A stretch of DNA of 64,000 nucleotides, taken from Macrostomum lignano (Eukaryota). This document shows, in pieces, positions 1 to 12,100 of this stretch. Below the pieces are notes generated by a model. The model was not told where the DNA came from. It ran no database searches and saw only the letters and a list, made by a program, of their open reading frames with translations. The first letter of the stretch is position 1, and each line of letters starts with the position of its first letter. Both the position numbers and the translations under genes were made by a program. The stretch covers positions 62,001-126,000 of the forward strand of contig NIVC01000610.1 in NCBI GenBank assembly GCA_002269645.1, read 5' to 3'.

Positions 1-291
1 AGCTATTTTCCCTGACTCATCGAGTCCTTTGTGTGCTCGCTTCTTTTCTGTAAATTGTGATTGCAACGGCTGGGTTAGAAATTATTCACCGAAAGACACT
101 GACTTCTCGAAGTTCGATACTGACTTTTGCAGAATCTTTGTCTGGCTACTGGGTGATGAAGCAACTCATTTACCAATATCGAATTCATTTTTCTTACTTA
201 AATACAATACAATCTTTTTAAAGTATCTTCTAGCTAGTGGCATATTTTAGTGACTGTATGATTCTTTAGGCTGGGCTCTCAATGCCTAGTG

Positions 292-800
292 AGGCGCTTC
301 AGTTCTTATTGTGGCGCCTTAAATACTGCTGATTGTGGCGCTTCAGTGCTTATTGTGGCGCTTCAGTGCTTATTGTGGCGCCTTAAATACTGCTGATTGT
401 GGCGCTTCAATGCTGATGGTGGCGCTTCAATGCTTATTGTGGCGCTTCAGTGCTTATTGTGGCGCTTCAGTGCTTATTGTGGCGCTTCAATGCTGATTGT
501 GGCGCTTCAATGCTGATTGTGGCGCTTTAATGCTGATTGTGGCGCTTCAATGCTGATTGTGGCGCTTCAATGCTGATTGTGGCGCTTCAATGCTGATTGT
601 GGCGCTTCAATGCTGATTTTGGCGCCTTAAATACTGCTGATTGTGGCGCTTCAATGCTGATTGTGGCGCCTTAAATACTGCTGATTGTGGCGCTTCAATG
701 CTGATTGTTGCGCCTTAAATACTGCTGATTGTGGCGCTTTAATGCTGATTGTCGCGCCTTAAATACTGCTGATTGTGACGCTTCAGTTCTTATTGTTGTG
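292..800. repeat. 20/24-bp minisatellite (GTGGCGCTTCAATGCTGATT, with GTGGCGCCTTAAATACTGCTGATT variants)
   Basis: Direct tandem repetition, about 24 units. Confidence 0.95.
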
Positions 801-1705
801 CTTCTAGTTTTATTTGACAGGCCAGCAGTGAAAGTATACTTTGCTATGCGAATATATTATTAATCTTTTTCAACTATTAGACACCAAACACAGCGATGGA
901 AACTGTTTCAATTGACCCATTCGCTGCAACACTTGAACCGGCGGCCTCTTAGAGTCCGGATTTGGACTGACTTGCTTTTAATAAGCTGGCCCATGCACAT
1001 TCTGGCATAGTTGCATCTCTGGGGAGCCACAGCCCATCCCGACCCTTGCACCCCCATAGTTCAGGCTCTTTCAGATTCGGTCATAATTTAAAAATTTTAG
1101 AGCGCCGCTCTGTCCCGGCGCGCTCCAAATTTCATAGACAGATTTTTCTGCCCGGCCGCCTGCTAGGGGGATTTGATCCCTGTTTGGGGCTCGGTCGGCT
1201 AATGGAAACCTTTCGAAATATGCGACAACCAAGGAGGGGAGGATAGGGAGGCCCGCCTCTATTTTTGCTAATTTGAAGTTTTATGTGCCCACTGGGGTCC
1301 CCGTCGAGGGACGGGCTCGCGTCCTCTTCTGTTGTGTCTCTGCCGCCTCCTTCTGGGAAGAAGAGATTGCGGAGAGGCTCCTGCTTGTCAGTTTTCGCTG
1401 GCTAGCTTAAAAAAATATCGAAGCGGATTCCTGTTTGACTTCTTGTTGTCGTCTTTTTGGGCGTCTCCTCCCCCCTTTAGTCCGCCTCAGATTTAAGGGG
1501 AGGGCCTGCGGCTGCCTCAACAGAACAGTTGTTGGGGCGACAAGTTTCTCTTGTCTGAAAATTGCTTTGCTTTTTGGTTGGAACTTTTCTATTCGGCTCC
1601 CTGCTGGGATGCTTTGCAATTTTTTGATAATAAATTTCTTACAAATAAAAAATAATAAAGGGATATGGAACAGAATACTGGAGGAAGTAGGCTGAGCGAA
1701 AGTAA

Positions 1706-2736
1706 GGCAGAGCGGAGAGAGGCAGAGCGGAGGGAGGCAGGGCGGAGGGAGGCAGAGCGGAGAGAGGCAGAGCGGAGGGAGGCAGGGCGGAGAGAGGCAG
1801 AGCGGAGGGAGGCAGAGCGGAGAGAGGCAGAGCGGAGGGAGGCAGAGCGGAGGGAGGCAGAGGGAGGCAAAGCGGAGAGAGGCAGAGCGGAGAGAGGCAG
1901 AGGGAGGCAGGGCGGAGGGAGGCAGAGCGGAGAGAGGCAGAGGGAGGCAGAGAGGAGAGAGGCAGAGGGAGGCAGGGCGGAGGGAGGCAGAGGGAGGCAG
2001 AGAGGAGAGAGGCAGAGGGAGGCAGAGCGGAGAGAGGCAGAGCAGAGAGAGGCAAAGGGAGGCAGAGCGGAGGGAGGCAGAGGGAGGCAGATCGGAGAGA
2101 GGCAGAGGGAGGCAGAGCGGAGAGAGGCAGAGCAGAGAGAGGCAGAGGGAGGCAGAGCGGAGGGAGGCAGAGGGAGGCAGAGAGGAGAGAGGCAGAGGGA
2201 GGCAAAGCGGAGAGAGGCAGAGCGGAGAGAGGCAGAGGGAGGCAAAGCGGAGAGAGGCAGAGCGGAGAGAGGCAGAGGGAGGCAGGGCGGAGAGAGGCAG
2301 AGGGAGGCAGGGCGGAGAGAGGCAGAGGGAGGCAGAGAGGAGAGAGGCAGAGGGAGGCAGGGCGGAGGGAGGCAGATCGGAGAGAGGCAGAGGGAGGCAG
2401 AGCGGAGAGAGGCAGAGCAGAGAGAGGCAGAGGGAGGCAGAGCGGAGAGAGGCAGAGCAGAGAGAGGCAGAGGGAGGCAGAGAGGAGAGAGGCAGAGCAG
2501 AGAGAGGCAGAGGGAGGCAGAGCGGAGAGAGGCAGAGCAGAGAGAGGCAGAGGGAGGCAGAGAGGAGAGAGGCAGAGCAGAGAGAGGCAGAGGGAGGCAG
2601 AGAGGAGAGAGGCAGAGCAGAGAGAGGCAGAGGGAGGCAGAGCGGAGAGAGGCAGAGCAGAGAGAGGCAGAGGGAGGCAGAGCGGAGAGAGGCAGAGCAG
2701 AGAGAGGCAGAGGGAGGCAGAGAGGAGGGAGGCAGA
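1706..2736. repeat. Purine-rich compound minisatellite built on AGGCAG (e.g. AGAGGCAGAGCGGAG and AGGGAGGCAG units)
   Basis: Tandem 10/15-bp units. It accounts for the overlapping low-complexity ORFs on both strands. Confidence 0.95.
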
Positions 2737-3686
2737 TTGTCTTCAAAGGAGTCTCTGTCTATCAAAGCATCTCTATCCTTTAATCAGAAGGAGACAATCA
2801 GACAGTCCTGAGGCATGGCTATCTGTTATTCATTTGTTCATTATAGTCTACAAGAATGCACACTGCAAACTGTTTGTCGGAGATATTTTATAAAAATTCA
2901 TTCAACCTTACTCCGGCACAATGCAAAGCACAGAAAGTTGACAGGATACGTGTTCCAATCGCTGCCATCAAATTTCCAATAGCCGACCTTTACAAAGGAG
3001 TTTTAAATCAATTTCAATCAAAGAAAGCGTACGATTGATAAATAAAAGAGCACTTCATGCTTCGGTTAGCCACTTTCTACCCGAGAAAAGGCCGTAAAAA
3101 ATGGTTGAAAATCAAAGGACCGCGACTGACACTGACTGGAAAGATGCGGGGGTCCACTTGATTGATAAAATATCTCCAGAGGGTGAACATATACAATCTG
3201 TCTATCGAAGCTGACCAAGGTGAAGCTGCAGGGTGCGGTCACACTTCATCATCAGTCCCGTTTGGAATGACTTTTCTAACTACCTACAGGTTGTTTCTCT
3301 GTCCCAACCCTCGATTGCAAAGCAAACGGTCAAGACCTTCTATCGTGTTTCGGGCCATAAATTAGCCCTATGGGATATTTTTCCTCAAACCCTTGCAGCG
3401 TCTTTGTCCTTCGGTACCGCACTGGCTACTTTTCGCAGTGAAGTTTATCAAAGCATCAATTTCAATTGAGGAAGGCTGCGGGCCTCCTTCTGGGTGACTT
3501 ATTTATCGCTTTTAGTCTGAGGGCCACTGAAACCAGTCGGAAACCAAGTGGCGGTCAAGGTACAAAAGAATCTCTTAACCTCTGGGTTGTTTAGTAGAGC
3601 ATTTTCATGCAAGGTTCCGGTGCTGTGCGAGTGTGATTGGAAGCAACCATCCATATAGTTTTTTATTTCGTTTTCTTTGTAAGAAC

Positions 3687-4090
3687 CCAGTGTAAGGTGA
3701 TAGAGGTCACAGTGTCTGAGGTGCAGAATACCCCAGTGACAGGTGATAGAGGTCACAGTGTCTGAGGTGCAGAATACCCCAGTGACAGGTGATAGAGGTC
3801 ACATTGTCTGAGGTGCAGAATACCCCAGTGACAGGTGATAGAGGTCACAGTGTCTGAGGTGCAGAATACCCCAGTGACAGGTGATAGAGGTCACAGTGTC
3901 TGAGGTGCAGAATACCCCAGTGACAGGTGATAGAGGTCACATTGTCTGAGGTGCAGAATACCCAGTGACAGGTGATAGAGGTCACAGTGTCTGAGGTGCA
4001 GAATACCCCAGTGACAGGTGATAGAGGTCACAGTGTCTGAGGTGCAGAATACCCCAGTGACAGGTGATAGAGGTCACAGTGTCTGAGGTC
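3687..4090. repeat. 46-bp minisatellite (AGGTGATAGAGGTCACAGTGTCTGAGGTGCAGAATACCCCAGTGAC), about 8.5 copies
   Basis: Unit starts at 3695, 3741 and 3787, i.e. a 46-bp period. Confidence 0.95.
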
Positions 4091-4905
4091 ACAATACGTA
4101 TTCTGCACCTCTATATCTTACACCTTGAGATTCTGGTTCCCCTGCGTTCCTTGAGATAAGGTAAAATTAGGGTTTGAAAATATCAAAGAAAATGAGTAGG
4201 CGAGATGAAAGCACAGAATTGCCGCATTTTGACTTTTGTTTCACTTAGCAGATCGTCAATATTTAACTTTGATTGGGAAAAGCAAACTAATCTTAGCTCT
4301 ATTTCCTTTGTCGCTCTGCTCCCAACCTTCCAGGCAATTGCAACTTTTGTCCCGACTATAAAATTCCTTTGATAATAAAAAAGCAGAGACGCACAAGAGG
4401 GCGGACAGAGAGAGATGTGGAATTGAAAAAGGCACAAAACACGGCATAAAGAGGGATCGCTAGCCTTCTCTTTTTCGAACAGAAAATGCGCTCGTAAAAA
4501 ATCAAAAGAAATGAAGCAAAACTGCAAGCAAGACTGCATCGGCTTCCTCAAAATTCAAAAGCCAACACAAATAACTGCCGCGGCCTGTCCCCGTCTGCCA
4601 GCTTCTAAGCTTCATCAGTTACAATGGTTGGTAGCTTAATGGGAGTTTCCCCTCTTTTCCCCTTTGTTGTCAACATGCCGACAGTCGCGACGCCTTTGTT
4701 GTCAAACAGCGCACTCCCTCCCAGTTTACGGCCGCGGGCGCTCAGCTTCTGTTCTTCATCCGCACCGTCTTAAAATGAGTAAAGCCTCTTTACTGAAGCA
4801 GGTTGTTGGCTTTGAATAAAGATACCCAAGTCAGAAGGCGGTTGCGCTCTTCTGAAGACTGTTTGAGTCTGTTTGACTCCAGCTGCCTCAAGGATGAAGC
4901 TGACG

Positions 4906-5402
4906 TTTCATGGGATTTGAAGTTTCATGGAATCTGAAGTTTCATGGGATTTGAAGTATCATGGAATCTGAAGTTTCATGGGATCTGAAGTTTCATGGGA
5001 TCTGAAGTTTCAATGGGATTTGAAGTTTCATGGGATCTGAAGTTTCATGGGATCTGAAGTTTCATAGGATCTGAAGTTTCATGGGATCTGAAGTTTCATG
5101 GGATCTGAAGTTTCATGGGATCTGAAGTTTCATGGGATCTGAAGTTTCTTGGCATCTGAAGTTTCATGGAATCTGAAGTTTCATGGGATCTGAAGTTTCA
5201 TGGGATCTGAAGTTTCAATGGGATTTGAAGTTTCTTGGCATCTGAAGTTTCATGGGATCTGAAGTTTCATGGGATCTGAAGTTTCATAGGATCTGAAGTT
5301 TCATGGGATCTGAAGTTTCATGGGATCTGAAGTTTCAAGGGATCTGAAGTTTCATGGGATCTGAAGTTTCTTGGCATCTGAAGTTTCATGGGCTCTGAAG
5401 TT
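4906..5402. repeat. 17-bp minisatellite (TTTCATGGGATCTGAAG), about 29 copies
   Basis: Direct tandem repetition. Confidence 0.95.
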
Positions 5403-6166
5403 TTAATAAGTTTTGGATTTTCAGGGGATTTAGTTTTCGGGACGTTTCGGGAAACGTTTTCGCTTTGGTTCATACGGCTTCCCCGCCAGCTGACAATTTG
5501 AGAACGCGGGTAAACTTTTTTGCGCACCTTCTCAGACAAGAATCAAGTCGCCATCCATCCGGACCGTCGAGATATTCAACGATTCTACCAGAAGGTCGGA
5601 TCTTTCCCACAAGCGCCAGTGTATGTTCAATGCGCCCCTGTGATCTGTCACCGCAGTTAGAATATTGTATTTTTGGGATCTCCAAAGTTCTAAATGCGCT
5701 CTGAGATTTCATGGGAAGAAAGAAATTGAAAAGAACTGCAATTAAGGAGTAGGATAGGCAGTGGGCACCTGTGCCTGCTTTCTATGTTGTTTCAAGGACA
5801 CAATATAGGGAAAATATAGCTTAGAAAGCAGAACAGAATTCTCCTCACCAGTAAAGATTACAAACTCAACAGGACTTCAGAAAAACTAACAAAATTAACC
5901 TTCGCACATCCCCCACGATCTGCTTATTTCCCATCGACCCTAAACAGAAAGACAAGAGTTCCACTCTGACAACTAAACCAATATTAAAAGACCATTTCTG
6001 TCCAAAATCTGGTTGACAGAATTATGCAGTGATTTATTAGCTGACGGGCGTTCCTTAAATTTTGACTTTTCCGGACCTCACTGAGCGCGTAGCGAAAAAT
6101 TTTTCCTGGAAAATGGCTGCTGCTCTCCCGCAGGCAGGATCTTCTCTGGCTGTTGAGGAGGCGCCA

Positions 6167-9100
6167 GCATCAGGGGCTTTAGCATCAGGGGATTTAGCAT
6201 CAGGGGATTTAGCATCAGGGGATTTAGCATCAGGGGCTTCAGCATCAGGGGCTTTAGCATCAGGGGATTTAGCATCAGGGGATTTAGCATCAGGGGCTTT
6301 AGCATCAGGGGCTTTAGCATCAGGGGATTTAGCATCAGGGGCTTTAGCATCAGGGGATTTAGCATCAGGGGCTTTAGTATCAGGGGATTTAGCATCAGGG
6401 GCTTTAGCATCAGGGGATTTAGCATCAGGGGATTTAGCATCAGGGGATTTAGCATCAGGGGCTTTAGCATCAGGGGATTTAGCATCAGGGGATTTAGCAT
6501 CAGGGGCTTTAGCATCAGGGGCTTTAGCATCAGGGGATTTAGCATCAGGGGATTTAGCATCAGGGGCTTTAGCATCAGGGGCTTTAGCATCAGGGGATTT
6601 AGCATCAGGGGCTTTAGCATCAGGGGCTTTAGCATCAGGGGCTTTAGCATCAGGGGCTTTAGCATCAGGGGCTTTAGCATCAGGGGCTTTAGCATCAGGG
6701 GCTTTAGCATCAGGGGCTTTAGCATCAGGGGATTTAGCATCAGGGGCTTTAGCATCAGGGGCTTTAGCATCAGGGGATTTAGCATCAGGGGATTTAGCAT
6801 CAGGGGCTTAGCATCAGGGGCTTTAGCATCAGGGGATTTAGCATCAGGGGCTTTAGCATCAGGGGCTTTAGCATCAGGGGCTTTAGCATCAGGGGATTTA
6901 GCATCAGGGGCTTTAGCATCAGGGGCTTTAGCATCAGGGGATTTAGCATCAAGGGATTTAGCATCAGGGGATTTAGCATCAGGGGCTTTAGCATCAGGGG
7001 CTTTAGCATCAGGGGCTTTAGCATCAGGGGATTTAGCATCAGGGGCTTTAGCATCAGGGGCTTTAGCATCAGGGGATTTAGCATCAGGGGCTTTAGCATC
7101 AGGGGCTTTAGCATCAGGGGATTTAGCATCAGGGGATTTAGCATCAGGGGCTTTAGCATCAGGGGCTTTAGCATCAGGGGATTTAGCATCAAGGGATTTA
7201 GCATCAGGGGATTTAGCATCAGGGGCTTTAGCATCAGGGGCTTTAGCATCAGGGGCTTTAGCATCAGGGGATTTAGCATCAGGGGCTTTAGCATCAGGGG
7301 CTTTAGCATCAGGGGATTTAGCATCAGGGGCTTTAGCATCAGGGGCTTTAGCATCAGGGGATTTAGCATCAGGGGATTTAGCATCAGGGGATTTAGCATC
7401 AGGGGCTTTAGCATCAGGGGCTTTAGCATCAGGGGCTTTAGCATCAGGGGCTTTAGCATCAGGGGATTTAGCATCAAGGGATTTAGCATCAGGGGATTTA
7501 GCATCAGGGGATTTAGCATCAGGGGCTTTAGCATCAGGGGCTTTAGCATCAGGGGATTTAGCATCAGGGGCTTTAGCATCAGGGGCTTTAGCATCAGGGG
7601 ATTTAGCATCAGGGGCTTTAGCATCAGGGGCTTTAGCATCAGGGGCTTTAGCATCAGGGGCTTTAGCATCAGGGGCTTTAGCATCAGGGGATTTAGCATC
7701 AGGGGATTTAGCATCAGGGGATTTAGCATCAGGGGCTTTAGCATCAGGGGCTTTAGCATCAGGGGCTTTAGCATCAGGGGCTTTAGCATCAGGGGATTTA
7801 GCATCAGGGGATTTAGCATCAGGGGATTTAGCATCAGGGGCTTTAGCATCAGGGATTTAGCATCAGGGATTTAGCATCAGGGGATTTAGCATCAGGGGAT
7901 TTAGCATCAGGGGATTTAGCATCAGGGGATTTAGCATCAGGGGATTTAGCATCAGGGGCTTTAGCATCAGGGGCTTTAGCATCAGGGGATTTAGCATCAG
8001 GGGCTTTAGCATCAGGGGCTTTAGCATCAGGGGATTTAGCATCAGGGGATTTAGCATCAGGGGATTTAGCATCAGGGGCTTTAGCATCAGGGGCTTTAGC
8101 ATCAGGGGCTTTAGCATCAGGGGCTTTAGCATCAGGGGCTTTAGCATCAGGGATTTAGCATCAGGGATTTAGCATCAGGGGATTTAGCATCAGGGGCTTT
8201 AGCATCAGGGGCTTTAGCATCAGGGGATTTAGCATCAGGGGATTTAGCATCAGGGGCTTTAGCATCAGGGGATTTAGCATCAGGGGCTTTAGCATCAGGG
8301 GCTTTAGCATCAGGGGATTTAGCATCAGGGGCTTTAGCATCAGGGGCTTTAGCATCAGGGGATTTAGCATCAGGGGATTTAGCATCAGGGGATTTAGCAT
8401 CAGGGGCTTTAGCATCAGGGGCTTTAGCATCAGGGGCTTTAGCATCAGGGGCTTTAGCATCAGGGGATTTAGCATCAGGGATTTAGCATCAGGGGATTTA
8501 GCATCAGGGGCTTTAGCATCAGGGGATTTAGCATCAGGGATTTAGCATCAGGGGCTTTAGCATCAGGGGCTTTAGCATCAGGGGATTTAGCATCAGGGAT
8601 TTAGCATCAGGGGATTTAGCATCAGGGGATTTAGCATCAGGGGATTTAGCATCAGGGATTTAGCATCAGGGGATTTAGCATCAGGGGATTTAGCATCAGG
8701 GGATTTAGCATCAGGGGATTTAGCATCAGGGGCTTTAGCATCAGGGGCTTTAGCATCAGGGGATTTAGCATCAGGGGCTTTAGCATCAGGGATTTAGCAT
8801 CAGGGGCTTTAGCATCAGGGGCTTTAGCATCAGGGGATTTAGCATCAGGGATTTAGCATCAGGGGATTTAGCATCAGGGCTTTAGCATCAGGGGATTTAG
8901 CATCAGGGGCTTTAGCATCAGGGGCTTTAGCATCAGGGGCTTTAGCATCAGGGGATTTAGCATCAGGGGATTTAGCATCAGGGGATTTAGCATCAGGGGA
9001 TTTAGCATCAGGGGATTTAGCATCAGGGGATTTAGCATCAGGGGATTTAGCATCAGGGATTTAGCATCAGGGGATTTAGCATCAGGGGATTTAGCATCAG

Positions 9101-12100
9101 GGGCTTTAGCATCAGGGGATTTAGCATCAGGGGCTTTAGCATCAGGGGATTTAGCATCAGGGGATTTAGCATCAGGGGATTTAGCATCAGGGGCTTTAGC
9201 ATCAGGGGATTTAGCATCAGGGGATTTAGCATCAGGGGATTTAGCATCAGGGGCTTTAGCATCAGGGGATTTAGCATCAGGGGATTTAGCATCAGGGGAT
9301 TTAGCATCAGGGGATTTAGCATCAGGGGATTTAGCATCAGGGGATTTAGCATCAGGGGATTTAGCATCAGGGGATTTAGCATCAGGGGATTTAGCATCAG
9401 GGGCTTTAGCATCAGGGGCTTTAGCATCAGGGGATTTAGCATCAGGGGCTTTAGCATCAGGGGATTTAGCATCAGGGATTTAGCATCAGGGGATTTAGCA
9501 TCAGGGGATTTAGCATCAGGGGATTTAGCATCAGGGGATTTAGCATCAGGGGATTTAGCATCAGGGGCTTTAGCATCAGGGGCTTTAGCATCAGGGGATT
9601 TAGCATCAGGGATTTAGCATCAGGGGATTTAGCATCAGGGGATTTAGCATCAGGGGATTTAGCATCAGGGGATTTAGCATCAGGGGATTTAGCATCAGGG
9701 GCTTTAGCATCAGGGGATTTAGCATCAGGGGATTTAGCATCAGGGGATTTAGCATCAGGGGATTTAGCATCAGGGGATTTAGCATCAGGGATTTAGCATC
9801 AGGGGATTTAGCATCAGGGGATTTAGCATCAGGGGATTTAGCATCAGGGGATTTAGCATCAGGGGATTTAGCATCAGGGGATTTAGCATCAGGGGATTTA
9901 GCATCAGGGGATTTAGCATCAGGGGATTTAGCATCAGGGGATTTAGCATCAGGGGCTTTAGCATCAGGGGCTTTAGCATCAGGGGATTTAGCATCAGGGG
10001 CTTTAGCATCAGGGGATTTAGCATCAGGGGATTTAGCATCAGGGGATTTAGCATCAGGGATTTAGCATCAGGGGATTTAGCATCAGGGGATTTAGCATCA
10101 GGGGCTTTAGCATCAGGGGCTTTAGCATCAGGGGCTTTAGCATCAGGGGATTTAGCATCAGGGGATTTAGCATCAGGGGATTTAGCATCAGGGGCTTTAG
10201 CATCAGGGGCTTTAGCATCAGGGGATTTAGCATCAGGGGATTTAGCATCAGGGGCTTTAGCATCAGGGGCTTTAGCATCAGGGGATTTAGCATCAGGGGA
10301 TTTAGCATCAGGGGATTTAGCATCAGGGGCTTTAGCATCAGGGGATTTAGCATCAGGGGCTTTAGCATCAGGGGATTTAGCATCAGGGGATTTAGCATCA
10401 GGGGATTTAGCATCAGGGGATTTAGCATCAGGGGCTTTAGCATCAGGGGATTTAGCATCAGGGATTTAGCATCAGGGGATTTAGCATCAGGGGCTTTAGC
10501 ATCAGGGGATTTAGCATCAGGGGATTTAGCATCAGGGGATTTAGCATCAGGGGATTTAGCATCAGGGGATTTAGCATCAGGGATTTAGCATCAGGGGATT
10601 TAGCATCAGGGGCTTTAGCATCAGGGGATTTAGCATCAGGGGATTTAGCATCAGGGGATTTAGCATCAGGGGATTTAGCATCAGGGGCTTTAGCATCAGG
10701 GGCTTTAGCATCAGGGGCTTTAGCATCAGGGGATTTAGCATCAGGGGATTTAGCATCAGGGGATTTAGCATCAGGGGCTTTAGCATCAGGGGATTTAGCA
10801 TCAGGGATTTAGCATCAGGGGATTTAGCATCAGGGGATTTAGCATCAGGGGATTTAGCATCAGGGGATTTAGCATCAGGGGATTTAGCATCAGGGGATTT
10901 AGCATCAGGGGCTTTAGCATCAGGGGCTTTAGCATCAGGGGATTTAGCATCAGGGGCTTTAGCATCAGGGGATTTAGCATCAGGGGCTTTAGCATCAGGG
11001 GATTTAGCATCAGGGGATTTAGCATCAGGGGATTTAGCATCAGGGGATTTAGCATCAGGGGCTTTAGCATCAGGGGCTTTAGCATCAGGGGCTTTAGCAT
11101 CAGGGGATTTAGCATCAGGGGATTTAGCATCAGGGGATTTAGCATCAGGGGATTTAGCATCAGGGGATTTAGCATCAGGGGATTTAGCATCAGGGGATTT
11201 AGCATCAGGGGATTTAGCATCAGGGGATTTAGCATCAGGGGATTTAGCATCAGGGGATTTAGCATCAGGGGATTTAGCATCAGGGGATTTAGCATCAGGG
11301 GATTTAGCATCAGGGGATTTAGCATCAGGGATTTAGCATCAGGGGATTTAGCATCAGGGGATTTAGCATCAGGGGATTTAGCATCAGGGGATTTAGCATC
11401 AGGGGATTTAGCATCAGGGGCTTTAGCATCAGGGGCTTTAGCATCAGGGGATTTAGCATCAGGGGCTTTAGCATCAGGGGATTTAGCATCAGGGATTTAG
11501 CATCAGGGGATTTAGCATCAGGGGATTTAGCATCAGGGGCATTAGCATCAGGGGATTTAGCATCAGGGGCTTTAGCACCAGGGGCTTTAGCATCAGGGGC
11601 TTTAGCATCAGGGGATTTAGCATCAAGGGATTTAGCATCAGGGGATTTAGCATCAGGGATTTAGCATCAGGGGATTTAGCATCAGGGGATTTAGCATCAG
11701 GGGCTTTAGCATCAGGGGCTTTAGCATCAGGGGCTTTAGCATCAGGGGATTTAGCATCAGGGATTTAGCATCAGGGGATTTAGCATCAGGGGCTTTAGCA
11801 TCAGGGGATTTAGCATCAGGGATTTAGCATCAGGGGATTTAGCATCAGGGGCTTTAGCATCAGGGGATTTAGCATCAGGGGATTTAGCATCAGGGGATTT
11901 AGCATCAGGGATTTAGCATCAGGGGATTTAGCATCAGGGATTTAGCATCAGGGGATTTAGCATCAGGGGCTTTAGCATCAGGGGATTTAGCATCAGGGGC
12001 TTTAGCATCAAGGGATTTAGCATCAGGGGCTTTAGCATCAGGGGCTTTAGCATCAGGGGATTTAGCATCAAGGGATTTAGCATCAGGGGATTTAGCATCA

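Noticed and set aside
1-1030. Possible minus-strand exon fragments near 1-160 and 880-1020
   Set aside because: No recognisable motif, and I could not build a phase-consistent model.
1299-1314. Perfect hairpin CCCGTC-GAGG-GACGGG
   Set aside because: A single 6-bp stem is expected by chance, and there is no ribozyme or terminator context.
1407-2783. Four long overlapping ORFs (LCLSP.../REAERR...)
   Set aside because: They are translations of the purine-rich minisatellite. They are open in several frames on both strands only because the unit lacks stop codons.
3233-3340. RSHFIISPVWNDF resembling the 3' end of a CR1/L2-type LINE reverse transcriptase
   Set aside because: The similarity is too short and degenerate, and no RT core was found nearby.
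4180-6060. Protein-like fragments on the minus strand (e.g. SSLRQLESNRLKQSSEERNRLL, DGADEEQKLSARG)
   Set aside because: They are interrupted by stops with no consistent splice model; they could be decayed gene or transposon sequence but cannot be supported.
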